In this document: positions 53,872-64,000 of the stretch, in pieces
Layout: every line of letters starts with the position of its first letter
Numbering within the stretch: position 1 is the stretch's first letter
Source: Octopus sinensis
Lineage: Eukaryota
Direction: 5' to 3'
Length of the DNA stretch: 64,000 bases
Assembly: GCF_006345805.1 (NCBI RefSeq)
Contig: NC_043005.1
Location: 105,152,001-105,216,000 of the forward strand
Position numbers and translations under genes: made by a program
Notes under the pieces: generated by a model
Seen by the model: only the letters and a program-made list of their open reading frames with translations
Told to the model about the DNA's origin: nothing
Database searches by the model: none

Positions 53872-55580
53872 CCATACATGGGCACTCTGCGGCCCGCAAG
53901 CTGCATGCAGCTCTTGACATGTAGCCCTCGACGAGCTGCTACGTTACTACTTTTTACAAGCAAAAATTTTTCTCAAATTTTCCAATCGTCTCTCACCTCT
54001 TAAACTTGCGCTTTAATTTTGCATCTAATTTCATCTCTCCTTCCTTCTCTCTCTCTCTCACTGTACAGTGTACATGCTATACTCTCTCCGTTTTAAAGCA
54101 TCACTCACTCTCTCTCTCTCTCTCAGTATGACATTACAAATATTTTTCTCGCCTCTGCCTCTCTCTCCCGTATTTTTAGTGCAAGCAACAAGCAACGCGT
54201 GAATGTATGTGTGTATGCGAAATTTTACAAAACTTAATATTTTTGCAGTAGTTTTTACTCCAATGCATCTTGTGAGTCCATATGTGTTTGTCTCCCATTT
54301 TATTTTTTTATCGCATTTTAATATCACAACAATCAATGCTTCGAAGAGGAATAGTAGTAGTAATTTTTTCTTTTATCAATTGATTCTCACTTGGTTGAAT
54401 TCTTAACATTCTTAATCCAGTTTCAGATTTTATCTTTCATTACAATTTCTATTTGATATTTCTTGAAAGTTTGCCAATATCACTCGCGAAAACTATTTGA
54501 TTTTTTAAAAAAGGTTTTATAATTGTTTTTTCATTAGTAGTGTTTAATTTTTCTTTTGAATTTTGATAAAGAAAAATAGAATTTTAACCTGTGTAAGCTT
54601 CTTTTAAGAGCTTCAGCTTTTGATTTTATTTGGATTTTAACTGCAAAATCTTGAAACTATTTAGGAGAATATTTGCCATTGGTTTATTTTTTCTCAAATG
54701 GAGTATTTGATCGAGATCAAATTTCGCTACTTTGCTTCAAATTCATGTTGATTCAATAGCCTTCAATTTTTTTTTCTTTTTCTTTTCCAATTTTTCAGTA
54801 TTTATTGTTTGGTAACAAATAAATTTTTCTATATTTCTAATAAATTTGGGCTTTTTCCCAAAGAAAGTTTTTGATTACGCTGAAAAAATATAATTTCAAG
54901 TATGATTTTCTATGAACTTTAATTTGTTTATCTAAAATTTAAAGAATAAGGATTAAGTTTTTATTTTAGCTATTCAAAATATTTTTCTTAAAGTAGGTAT
55001 CTGGGTATATTTAATCTTTTTTTTTAAGAGCTGTCTTTCCTACATATTTTTTCAGTTTATCATGATTAGTATTATGATCTACGAACTTCAAAATTTTATT
55101 TACTTTAGTTTGTTTGGTAAGATGTTGATTTTCTTGTTTTGAAAAATTTAATTTAGATTAATTTTCTTATACAGTTGAATTTTTTTTTATGCTACTAAAT
55201 ATCATTACTTTCAAATTTTCCAAACTGATTGATTTTTGAATTTTTCATTTTGGTTGAACTTCGGTAGATCCTGTTCACATTCAGATTGTTCCTTACTCTC
55301 AAATTTTATTTTCAATTTGAAATTGTTCTGAAAGACTTATCCTCTTTTCCGCACAGTCGAAAATTCAACCTTTGGAATATCCAAATCCCAAATAAGTCGA
55401 AGAAAAGTAAGTTAATAGATGAAGGTCGTGTTTCAAGATAAGTGGACGGTAGATTATTATTTTCTTTTTTTGTGCTATGGAATGAGAAATCAGTGTGTCT
55501 CATTTGTTCAGAAACTATTACTATTCTGAAGGAATATAATTTGAAAAGACACTACTGTACAAAACATTCCCAGTATGGCA
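53872..55580 (+). mobile_element. hAT (Charlie/SPIN-like) DNA transposon relic: terminus plus transposase N-terminus
   Basis: catgggcactctgcggcccgc terminal motif at ~53877; VCLICSETITILKEYNLKRHYCTKH zinc finger at ~55490-55570; intervening sequence is not assignable. Confidence 0.65.
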
Positions 55581-55917
55581 ATCTTATTGTTCTCTCATGC
55601 AATGCCTTATGTATACAAGTTGTGAAGTTCTTGAACTTCGATGTAATATTTTATATTCCTCACTTGTATTTGTGGGATCATAAGTAGTTGCCACATGTCC
55701 GTGTAGCGGTGACAGTTTGTTATTGTTATTTTCGTCTAAGTCGTGCTTCTTGTCATTCTTTATCGTTCATACAAGTATCATTATTAGAGCGTTTTGGCTG
55801 AGTGATTTTGTTTGGTAAGGTGATATATTTCTTTTCAAATGTAGCTTGCTGGCGTAATTGTTTTGCTCAAAAAGGATATGTATGTATGTATGTATGTATG
55901 TATGTGTGTGTGTGTGT

Positions 55918-55956
<39 letters not shown>

Positions 55957-55974
55957 TGTGTGTGTGTGTATGTA

Positions 55975-56150
55975 GTCATGAGTCGTCTTCGTAGTCATAA
56001 AGCGAGATCGATGATTGACTACCAGACCGCTGGTGGTGGTGGTGCTACATACCATACTAATATTTGTCGGGCATGTGGAGGGCTGTGCAATTCAGTGGGA
56101 GGACTTAAACGACATACAAAGAATTACAGCCGGCTATTGCCAGTAAAGGT
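55975..56150 (+). mobile_element. RTE-type LINE C-terminal zinc-finger relic
   Basis: CRACGGLCNSVGGLKRH resembles RTE/BovB ORF C-terminal C2H2-like motifs. Confidence 0.5.
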
Positions 56151-56260
56151 TTTAGCTGCCAATTCTGTCCAAGACATTGTAGATCGTTAGCTGGGCTAAC
56201 AAGTCACATTCAATCACAGCACCGTTAACAGTTAAACCTCGTGCCATGTATGTAGTATGA

Positions 56261-56293
<33 letters not shown>

Positions 56294-56419
56294 TGTATGT
56301 ATGTATGTATGTATGTATGTATGTATGTATGTATGTATGTATGTATGTATGCATGTATGAATGTATGTATGCATATATGTATGTAGTGGCCTACAATAAC
56401 TTTAAGTTAATTTACCTTA

Positions 56420-57400
56420 TAATTTACCTTTCCTGAATAAAAAATTTCTCACTATTTTGTGAGTTTCCATTAGCTAATTTCATGAGTTTTACCAGTTTGC
56501 GCATTGATTGATTATATCATCACTGACAGATTGATACATTGACCCTTCGGTCAATAATTGTTTCTGTTCAGTAATTGATGTAATTTTTGACGATCTTACT
56601 CGCAACATATTAATGTGCTTCCCTATGTGCTCTGCGGTTTTGAGCAAGTTATTTCAGAGATTCGATTCCATGATTTCTTTTCCACGAAAACAAAAAGAAC
56701 TTGTACGACATAGGGCTCCATCTCTTGAAAAGGAGTGGTCTCCCTGTTATTTCCTACGTTAGTAAAGATGAACAATAGACGCTTTTCAAGTATTTGACAT
56801 TATTGTTGGACCACTTAAATGATTTTCATCAAATATGAGCACCCCATTCATCAACTCCACTTCCACCATCTTTAATTATCCTTTGGAAACAACAATCCAG
56901 CTGGTATACTTCAGTTTTGTTGCATTACACATACATTTGCATAGAACTGGAAATCTGGCCGAATTTGTTTTCGTAACACTCTTTAGTCTAGTTGAACATT
57001 TTAGTCGCATTAGCTTTTGTAATCCTTGGCTCCTTTCGTGTAACTCTTTGTTCGTATCGAAGATCATGCTATGCTATTCGTATGGTATATGACAACATAT
57101 CCACAGAAAATGCAACCCTTCTAACAGAACTACTTTTTTAACTGACACATTTGCCTATGAAAAATGTTGTGCGACCTCTCGTCTTTTCTTCAGTCGTTAA
57201 TGCTTTTCGTCAATCTATCCCTTGGTTACTGTTTCATCATCAATACCGAAACATTGAGCTATTTTACGATAACACTTTCCATACTGATATAAGCCAGTGC
57301 ATTGTCCGCATGTAAATTCATCGATATCTTTTTTTTGCCGAATGAGTTTCATTGTTATATTTTATCAAATAGATGTAACAGCTAATCGGAAAACACAAAA
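56420..57400 (-). mobile_element. Degraded Tc1-like transposase
   Basis: Minus-strand fragments PRITKANATK, IIKDGGSGVDEWG (cf. TVKHGGGSVMVWG), FQ.DGA (cf. FQQDNAP), EHIGKHI (cf. IEHLW). Confidence 0.65.
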
Positions 57401-58234
57401 AAATTCATACCATCGAAGAAGAAAAAAAACCTATCGCATTATATTAAAAAAAATATATACATACATACATACATACATACGTACATGGAGAGAGAGTGAG
57501 AAGGAATAATGATGCATGTGAGCCAGTGAAAATAATAAAGAAGGTGAGAGGAGATAAGGAGAATAACAATAAGTGAAAGAAGACAAATGGAGCTTGAAGC
57601 AAAAACTATAAGGATTACAGGCGCCTTCTGCGCTAGTGCATGCAAGCATACATACATACATACATACATACATACATACATTGCATGCATGCATGCATAC
57701 GTACATACATACATACATACATACATACATACATACATACATACATACATACATACATACATACATACATACATACATACATACTTACTTACATTCGCGC
57801 GCACAGACACACACATACACACACACGCTGACATGGAAGTGTGACAAAGCCTACATAAATTCAGCAACTATAAGAGAGGTAATACGGAAGCCAAAGATGA
57901 TGCTTGTGAAAGTCTAGGAATGTTTATCATGGGTCTTAGGACTCAGTGTTCTAAACGTCCGAAATGTGAAACATCTTCATCTAAAGGAATAAAGCTGGAA
58001 CTTACTCGTGCTTTCTATTATAATAATTATCTATCCATCCATCCATCCAGCCAGCTAGCCAGTCAACCATCTTTCTATCTACCCCCTCTACACACACACA
58101 TATGCATAGAGAGAAAGAGAGTGAAGAGATAAGTGATGTGAGGTGACAGAATAGATGTTTATTCCCTTCGTTTACAACTGCTTCATAATCTTGTTAGTTA
58201 TGTAATAGATATTACATCAACATACGCACGTATA

Positions 58235-58631
58235 TCTTTATATATAAAAGTCAAGTTGTGTGTCTGTCTCCTACGATTTAGATTCCTAACTACTCCCACA
58301 TTTTGCGGTGCAGTTTAACCAAAACCGGGTATCTTATAGTCGTGATTCATATCGAGCCCTTCTGGGTATTAGCGCGCGTCTACGCTGAGTCTACGATTTA
58401 AAAAATAATTTACCACCATTTTTTTCCATTTTAATGCATTTTTTCGCTATTATATAAGGGAAGTAACTCTCTAAAAATGTCTACGATGAGTCAACGATTT
58501 AAAAAAAAATTTACCATCATTTTTTTCCATTTTTATTGCATTTCTTTGCTATTTTTTGGCTATAACTCTCTAAAAATGCTTATATAGTTATTTCCCTTAC
58601 AAACCCGAGCAACGCCGGGCGATATTGCAAG
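58235..58631 (+). mobile_element. Non-autonomous Helitron-like element
   Basis: 5' TC after A; 3' hairpin cccgagcaacgccggg then CAAG (variant of CTAG) before T; shares its 3' region with 14935-15311. Confidence 0.78.
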
Positions 58632-58961
58632 TAAAGTATAAGATGTAAATGTACTGAAAAATTAACTTGCAGACTAATCTTCAGAGCGATACGTAATAGT
58701 TCAAAACGTCAATTGTGCTACAGAAAGTAAGCTGACCCAGTATATATCCACAGGCGATAAATGTACTCAGCAGGTTACCATGTATGATTTGCTTTAAGGG
58801 AGCAATTGCCTCTGTGTGTGTGTGTGTGAATGTATGTATGCAAATATGCATGTATGTATGTGTGTATGCATGGATGGATGGATTCATATGTATACACACC
58901 TTCATATTCACACACTAATATATACACACATGTATGTATATACTGAGCACACACATACACA

Positions 58962-59009
<48 letters not shown>

Positions 59010-60029
59010 GTGTATGTATGTATATACAGCTGCATATATTTGAGTGTATGTACATATTGTCCGCATACATATATATATACGCACATATAAAGTGATAGAT
59101 TTACGAATAGAGTGAAAATGTATTTGAGAGAAAAACATAATGCAATAAAAAGATAGATGTGTATTTGTATCCCTATACAAGCAGACCACACCCACCAGTT
59201 TTACTGAGCGTATGCAAACTGTATTCAAAGGTAGGAAAGATCGTTCGACGTGTGTCGTCATATTAAATATGTAAGATTTAACTGTGGCCATGCGCGTGCA
59301 AAAACGCTTATTTGCGTGCGTACCTATATGTCTGCATGTAGGCTGGTGAGTTTGTATACATTTGTATGTGTATGTTGGTTTCTGTGTTTGTGTCTAAGCA
59401 GGAAAATATTAATTGTATCGTAGGCACTTTAGAACAGGCTGTAAGTGTTCACTGAACTAAGTCTGCCCCGGTGTTCGATTCTGGATTGAAAACTTTACCG
59501 ATCACAGTGGCATATCTAAATATTTCATTGTACTTTGAAGCAGAATATTTTACTGTTTTACCTATAGAACATACTAAAACCTAGCATTCTCTGAGTATAT
59601 TAACTTAAAATAGCTTTCAGTCGTGTAAAACCGGCGTGTATATTATCATCTATTTAAAAACATGTACGAATATCATGTATATATCTTTATGTAGCGCACC
59701 GGAGAAATCAATAGTGCACCATGTTAAAGGCATTATAGAAGTGTACCACTCAAAATAAAGTAAAATAATTATTCTCTATGAGGTCATTTTTGCATTTCAT
59801 TAATTCAAGATCTGTAATACATATGTACACATATACACACACTCTCAAAGACATACATTCTATCATATGTCAGACCAGGAAAATCCTGCTACTGGTACTG
59901 TGTAACCCAATATTATCGTTTTTATCGGAAACTAAGCTGGCTCCCCCACCTAGCTTGTCAGGTGAGGAAAGTATTGTGGACACTGCAGGACTAAAAGCAA
60001 AAATGGCCAAAGGACGGATGAGCTCATTA

Positions 60030-60520
60030 TGAACCAATGGTTATTAACACGACTGGTGCTTTGTAAAAATAACTACAGCTAGGCCGAAAAACTGTGAAAA
60101 TGGTCCAAGGTTATAGCCGGGAAAATTCCAATGAATTTTCCCTGCTATAGCCTTGACTACTTCTATCACGGTTGAGACGTCACCCCATTTAACAAGGTTT
60201 CGGTCAGACCAGGATAACTCTTGCCAGCCTGGCGAAAAGCATGTTACAAGAGTCAACAATAGCTACTACCCTTGGATTCATCCCAAACTAACACCCCGTC
60301 AGATCAATTCTAGACAACTCCCTCGACACCCGTACTCTGAATTCAGAAGCAGATAGATTTAGCACTGCAACCGTTGGCACAAAATTAGATATGAATTAGT
60401 AACAGGCAAGGGTTGGCAGCTGATACACACTACAGCAGATGACACTGAGAATCCGTCACAGCCATTTCTAGGTTACTCATCACCACATTTTCCAGGAGCA
60501 AGAATTCTCAGAAGTCCTAG
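60030..60520 (-). mobile_element. Degraded LINE APE endonuclease fragment (RTE-like)
   Basis: Minus-strand GKCGDE..RNG, VTNS and SDRNLV (cf. SDHRLV) motifs. Confidence 0.45.
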
Positions 60521-60651
60521 TTTAAACCAGCTGTTAACGTTTGCTGCTCACCAACTAGTACAGCAAACCATCAATATTCATTATATACATTATTTACATC
60601 TTGTTGTAAACACATGTTTTGAAGAAATTTCGAATCTGGGTATTTTTCGAT

Positions 60652-60730
60652 GTTGTTGTTCAGGTCACTGCCTGGAATCGAACTCGGAATCTTGGGATTA
60701 GTAGCCCGCGCTCTTAAACTCTGCGCAATT
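60652..60730 (-). other. tRNA-like sequence with (AAC)n tail abutting the Penelope 3' end
   Basis: gcgcagagtttaagagcgcgggctactaatcccaagattccgagttcgattccaggc: D-arm-like, anticodon arm (ACT) and T-loop; degenerate. Confidence 0.65.
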
Positions 60731-60734
60731 ATGG

Positions 60735-61560
60735 AGTGAATTTTAGGGCTTATAAATCTATTATTTTCCTATCTTTCCTTAATACCGGTTTCCATATGCT
60801 ATTCATATCTGCACTCGGTCTGCTTTGGAGATTGTTGTGTCCTAGCATATGTGCTGCTTCTTTTAGTTTTCGTATTTTCCAGTGGTGTTCTCTGTCTATT
60901 ATTTTAACTTCATCCCACGGGAAGGTAGTCTCTATTTGTCCATATATTATCAGCTATACTCGATTTATCAATATCTCCTCGTGTCACAGCTTTGCGATGT
61001 TCGTCTACCCTTATTTTGAGAGGCTAGCATGTTTCGCCTTTATATATCCTAACACAGCTGCATGGGATGGATTACATGCAGTTTTTGGTCATATTCTCCT
61101 CTATTGGTGGTTTTACTCGAAGGAGATATTTGCGAAGTGTTGTATTACTCTTGAATATTGTCCTGATGTCATATGGCCGCATATCTTTTGTATCTTTACG
61201 GAGAGGCCTTTCGCATAGGGTAGACAGACTGTGGACAGTTTATTGGCTTCATCTTCTCTTTTCTTCATAATTGGAGTGGATAGAATGTTTTTAGGGTAGT
61301 TGTTGCTTAATAGATTGTTACTGAGCTTGATCATTTCTTCGTGGTGGGTATCACGATCGCTACTTATATTCTTTGCTTGATGTTTTAGGCAATGAACAAT
61401 CTGTCTCTTTACACTATGGATGGTGGGAATTGAAGTTGAGGTATCGTCCAGTGAAGGTCGGCTTGCGGTATACGGATATCCTGAATCCATACTTTGTGCG
61501 TGTTATTAATACGTCCAGAAATACTAGCTGATTGTCTTTTTGCTTTCCATTGTGGACTGT
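60735..61560 (-). mobile_element. Penelope-like element 3' fragment (RT thumb + GIY-YIG), frameshifted
   Basis: FLDVLITR, VYRKPTFTGRYLNFNSHHP, LPYAKGLS, SIPCSC..IYKGET..LKIRVDEH. Confidence 0.9.
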
Positions 61561-61939
61561 ATGGATGGCTTTATTGAGTTCACATGATCTAACAGCACTT
61601 GGACATAGACACAGATAAACGTACAGAGAGGGAGGTGGTGGGAGAAAGAGTGACAGAGACACAGCGAAGGCGGAGAGGGAATGAGAGTGGAAGCTGTCAA
61701 ACGTCGTTATAGAGAGAATGTGGCGGGAAGGAAGGAAAGAGAGAGTTTGAGGAAGACAGGATGATATCCGAAAGTGAGAAACGACAAACACTTGTCAAAG
61801 TCTGGGCTTTGTTGCTCTTGTAACCGCACCTTTCCAGTCCCATTAATAATACTAATAATAATAGAAATAGTGTAGTTGATGGCGCTAATAATAATAGTAA
61901 CAACAATCATAACAATAAAAACTTCGTTTCGATCTCGGA

Positions 61940-62354
61940 GGACAACCCCAACAGAATTAAATTTTTGTCTAGTAATTCTAAGATTAAGAATTCTATTTAC
62001 CAGTGTAGAATTTCTTCCGGTACCGATGTCTTTTCCTATATAGGAGCGTCCACTTCCCAGTTATCCAAGAGAATTTCTAACCATTATTCAACATTCAGGG
62101 ATAGTAAAAAACGACATAGTACAGGGCTAAGTAAATTAGTTTGGCGTCTTAAAGACAACAATATAAATTTCAAGTTAGATTGGTTCATACTGTCTGTATC
62201 CATTCCTTTTGATAAGGGCAGGAGATTTTGTAACATTTGTAACTCTCAACTCTTCCATATTCTCTTCTCTAAGGTTCCCCTAGTAAACACACTCATAGAA
62301 AAATCATACAAATATAAACACTGGCAGAAACATACCTTCTACTCATATAAATGA
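61940..62354 (+). mobile_element. Penelope-like GIY-YIG endonuclease fragment (Naiad-like signature)
   Basis: IYQC...YIG...KRISNH..TF...TGLSKLVWRLK...W.I...CNIC. Confidence 0.8.
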
Positions 62355-62921
62355 TAACGATAGTCACTGTGGTTTGAACAATTAGCTTTACGTCAACCCC
62401 ACTTCTATAGCGAAATTCTTTCCTAAGCCTTCGAACATTCTTTCAATCAACGTACCCTTCCCTCACCACTTGTTCCCTACCTATTATTCCTTTAACCCTT
62501 CTCTTCCTACTATCTATCTTTGACGTCAATTCTTCTAACGGTTTTTTAAAAAACACTCATTATCGTTTTGTTTACCATGTAGGCAGTCATCGAAATTTTT
62601 GTTTGTCTTGTTGTCGAAAGAGGCTCCCTTTCTTTCCTGATGAGAAGATTGCATAATGCACCCTTTATTCCTTTGGAATGAAAACATGTTGTCTTCGAAA
62701 CATATGTCGAGAGTAAAGGAATTTTGTTAACATCTTCGTTCGACTCCATTCTTTCATTTATTCATATACAACACACAAACTTCTGCACATGAACCCGGAG
62801 TTTCTACCCTTGGATAGGTCGCTTCAACCGTGTTTCTGACGTGAATTTGCTACCCAGCTTTCGGTTAAACGAATTTTCCATGCTGACGATAAACATAGGA
62901 TAATTCATTCACCTATGTATA

Positions 62922-62975
<54 letters not shown>

Positions 62976-62987
62976 ATATATATATAT

Positions 62988-63038
<51 letters not shown>

Positions 63039-63078
63039 ATTATATATATATATATAGATATATATATATATATATATG

Positions 63079-63259
63079 GCTTCCGGCCATATCACGTTGA
63101 AAGAACCGGTTCTCGTCCGATCACCGAAGTTAAGCAACATCGAGTCTAGTTAGTACTTAGATGGGTGACCGCTTGGGAAACCTAGGTGTTGTAAGTATTC
63201 CCTTTACAGCGGTGGTGCCCCAGCATGGCCGCGGCCTTCGGGCTAAAGGATTTTTAAGG

Positions 63260-63263
<4 letters not shown>
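63079..63263 (+). mobile_element. 5S rRNA-derived SINE (SINE3-like): full 5S head 63079-63198 plus LINE-derived tail 63207-63263
   Basis: Head matches animal 5S (ggccatatcacgttgaaa...ccgatcaccgaagttaagc...ttagtactt.gatgggtgaccgc.tggga); 41 bp identical to the LINE 3' UTR at 30208-30248. Confidence 0.88.
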
Positions 63264-63314
<51 letters not shown>

Positions 63315-63393
63315 TATTCAGATGAATATGGTACTTAAGTTGAGGCACCAGAATTTAGTACGATATTATCCATACAATTTCAAGGTGATTAAA

Positions 63394-63635
63394 ATCAAAA
63401 TAAGCAACAAGGATATCCAGAGGTAATGTAGTATGATCGTTTCATGCAACTCCATTTAGTTTAACAATGCAATTATTACATCAATTTAAATGCGGAGCAA
63501 TCTTCAGCTGTCTTTGTGCAGCTGAAGATTGCTCTGCATTTAAATTGATGCAATGACTGCATTGTTAAATTAAATGGAGTTGCATGAAATGATCATACTA
63601 CATTACCTCTGGATATCCTTGTTGCTTATTTTGAT
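63394..63635. repeat. Inverted repeat with 117-bp arms, each carrying hammerhead core motifs (Penelope-type inverted terminal repeat)
   Basis: Arms 63394-63510 / 63519-63635; right arm CTGAAGA 63522-63528, GAAA 63586-63589, palindromic stem III atgatcat. Confidence 0.8.
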
Positions 63636-63844
63636 ATGTGTGTATGTGTGTGTGTGTGTGAGTGTGTGCGTATGTGCATGTATGCACACAAACACACACA
63701 TACACGTTTATTATTGTACTTATTTTATTATTTTAACTCATGTCCATTGTCCGGAAATCTTTCGTCGCACATCTGTGGTCTCTTCAGCGACATTTTCGCT
63801 TTCGCGTGTGTTCTTGCTCCAGTTACCCCATTCTTAGAACTGCG

Positions 63845-63922
<78 letters not shown>

Positions 63923-64000
63923 CATGCGTACATACTGCAAGAAAGCCTTTGACTGTTCCCTACTCGTGGGTGCTGGATGCCTTTCAACTTGCTAAAGTTC

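Noticed and set aside
55442-55687. Host GTF2IRD2/ZBED-like gene exon
   Set aside because: Frameshifted, truncated and downstream of a hAT-like terminus; best read as a transposase relic.
60663-60730. Functional tRNA gene (likewise the SINE heads)
   Set aside because: Acceptor and D stems are degenerate; TE-associated tRNA-like sequences.
63079-63198. Functional 5S rRNA gene
   Set aside because: Solitary, embedded in (TA)n, no upstream flank or immediate T-run terminator, mismatches in the terminal stem, and fused to a LINE tail.

Overview
Eukaryotic, gene-poor, repeat-dense window, most likely octopus/coleoid cephalopod (inferred from the SINE families and extreme microsatellite load). I can support no host protein-coding exon; nearly all ORFs in the track are microsatellite translations or transposon relics. 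Contents: four tRNA-headed SINE families in many copies, two CR1-group LINEs (one nearly full length with a CCCH zinc-finger ORF1), RTE, R4-like and L1/Tx1-like relics, Penelope-like RT/GIY-YIG fragments, Helitron-like, hAT and Tc1/mariner relics, and a 100-N gap. Two observations stand out. (1) Hammerhead-ribozyme core motifs occur in a non-canonical strand order (NUH strand -> GAAA strand -> CUGANGA strand) with covarying stems, in two ORF-less Penelope-LTR-like elements (24006-24080, 34439-34507) and a more elaborate variant (6198-6296); this suggests a split or strand-swapped hammerhead. (2) A 5S-rRNA-headed SINE (63079-63263) carries the exact 3' tail of the CR1-group LINE found in the same window, and all copies sit in (TA)n. 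All structure and family calls were made by eye and are untested.
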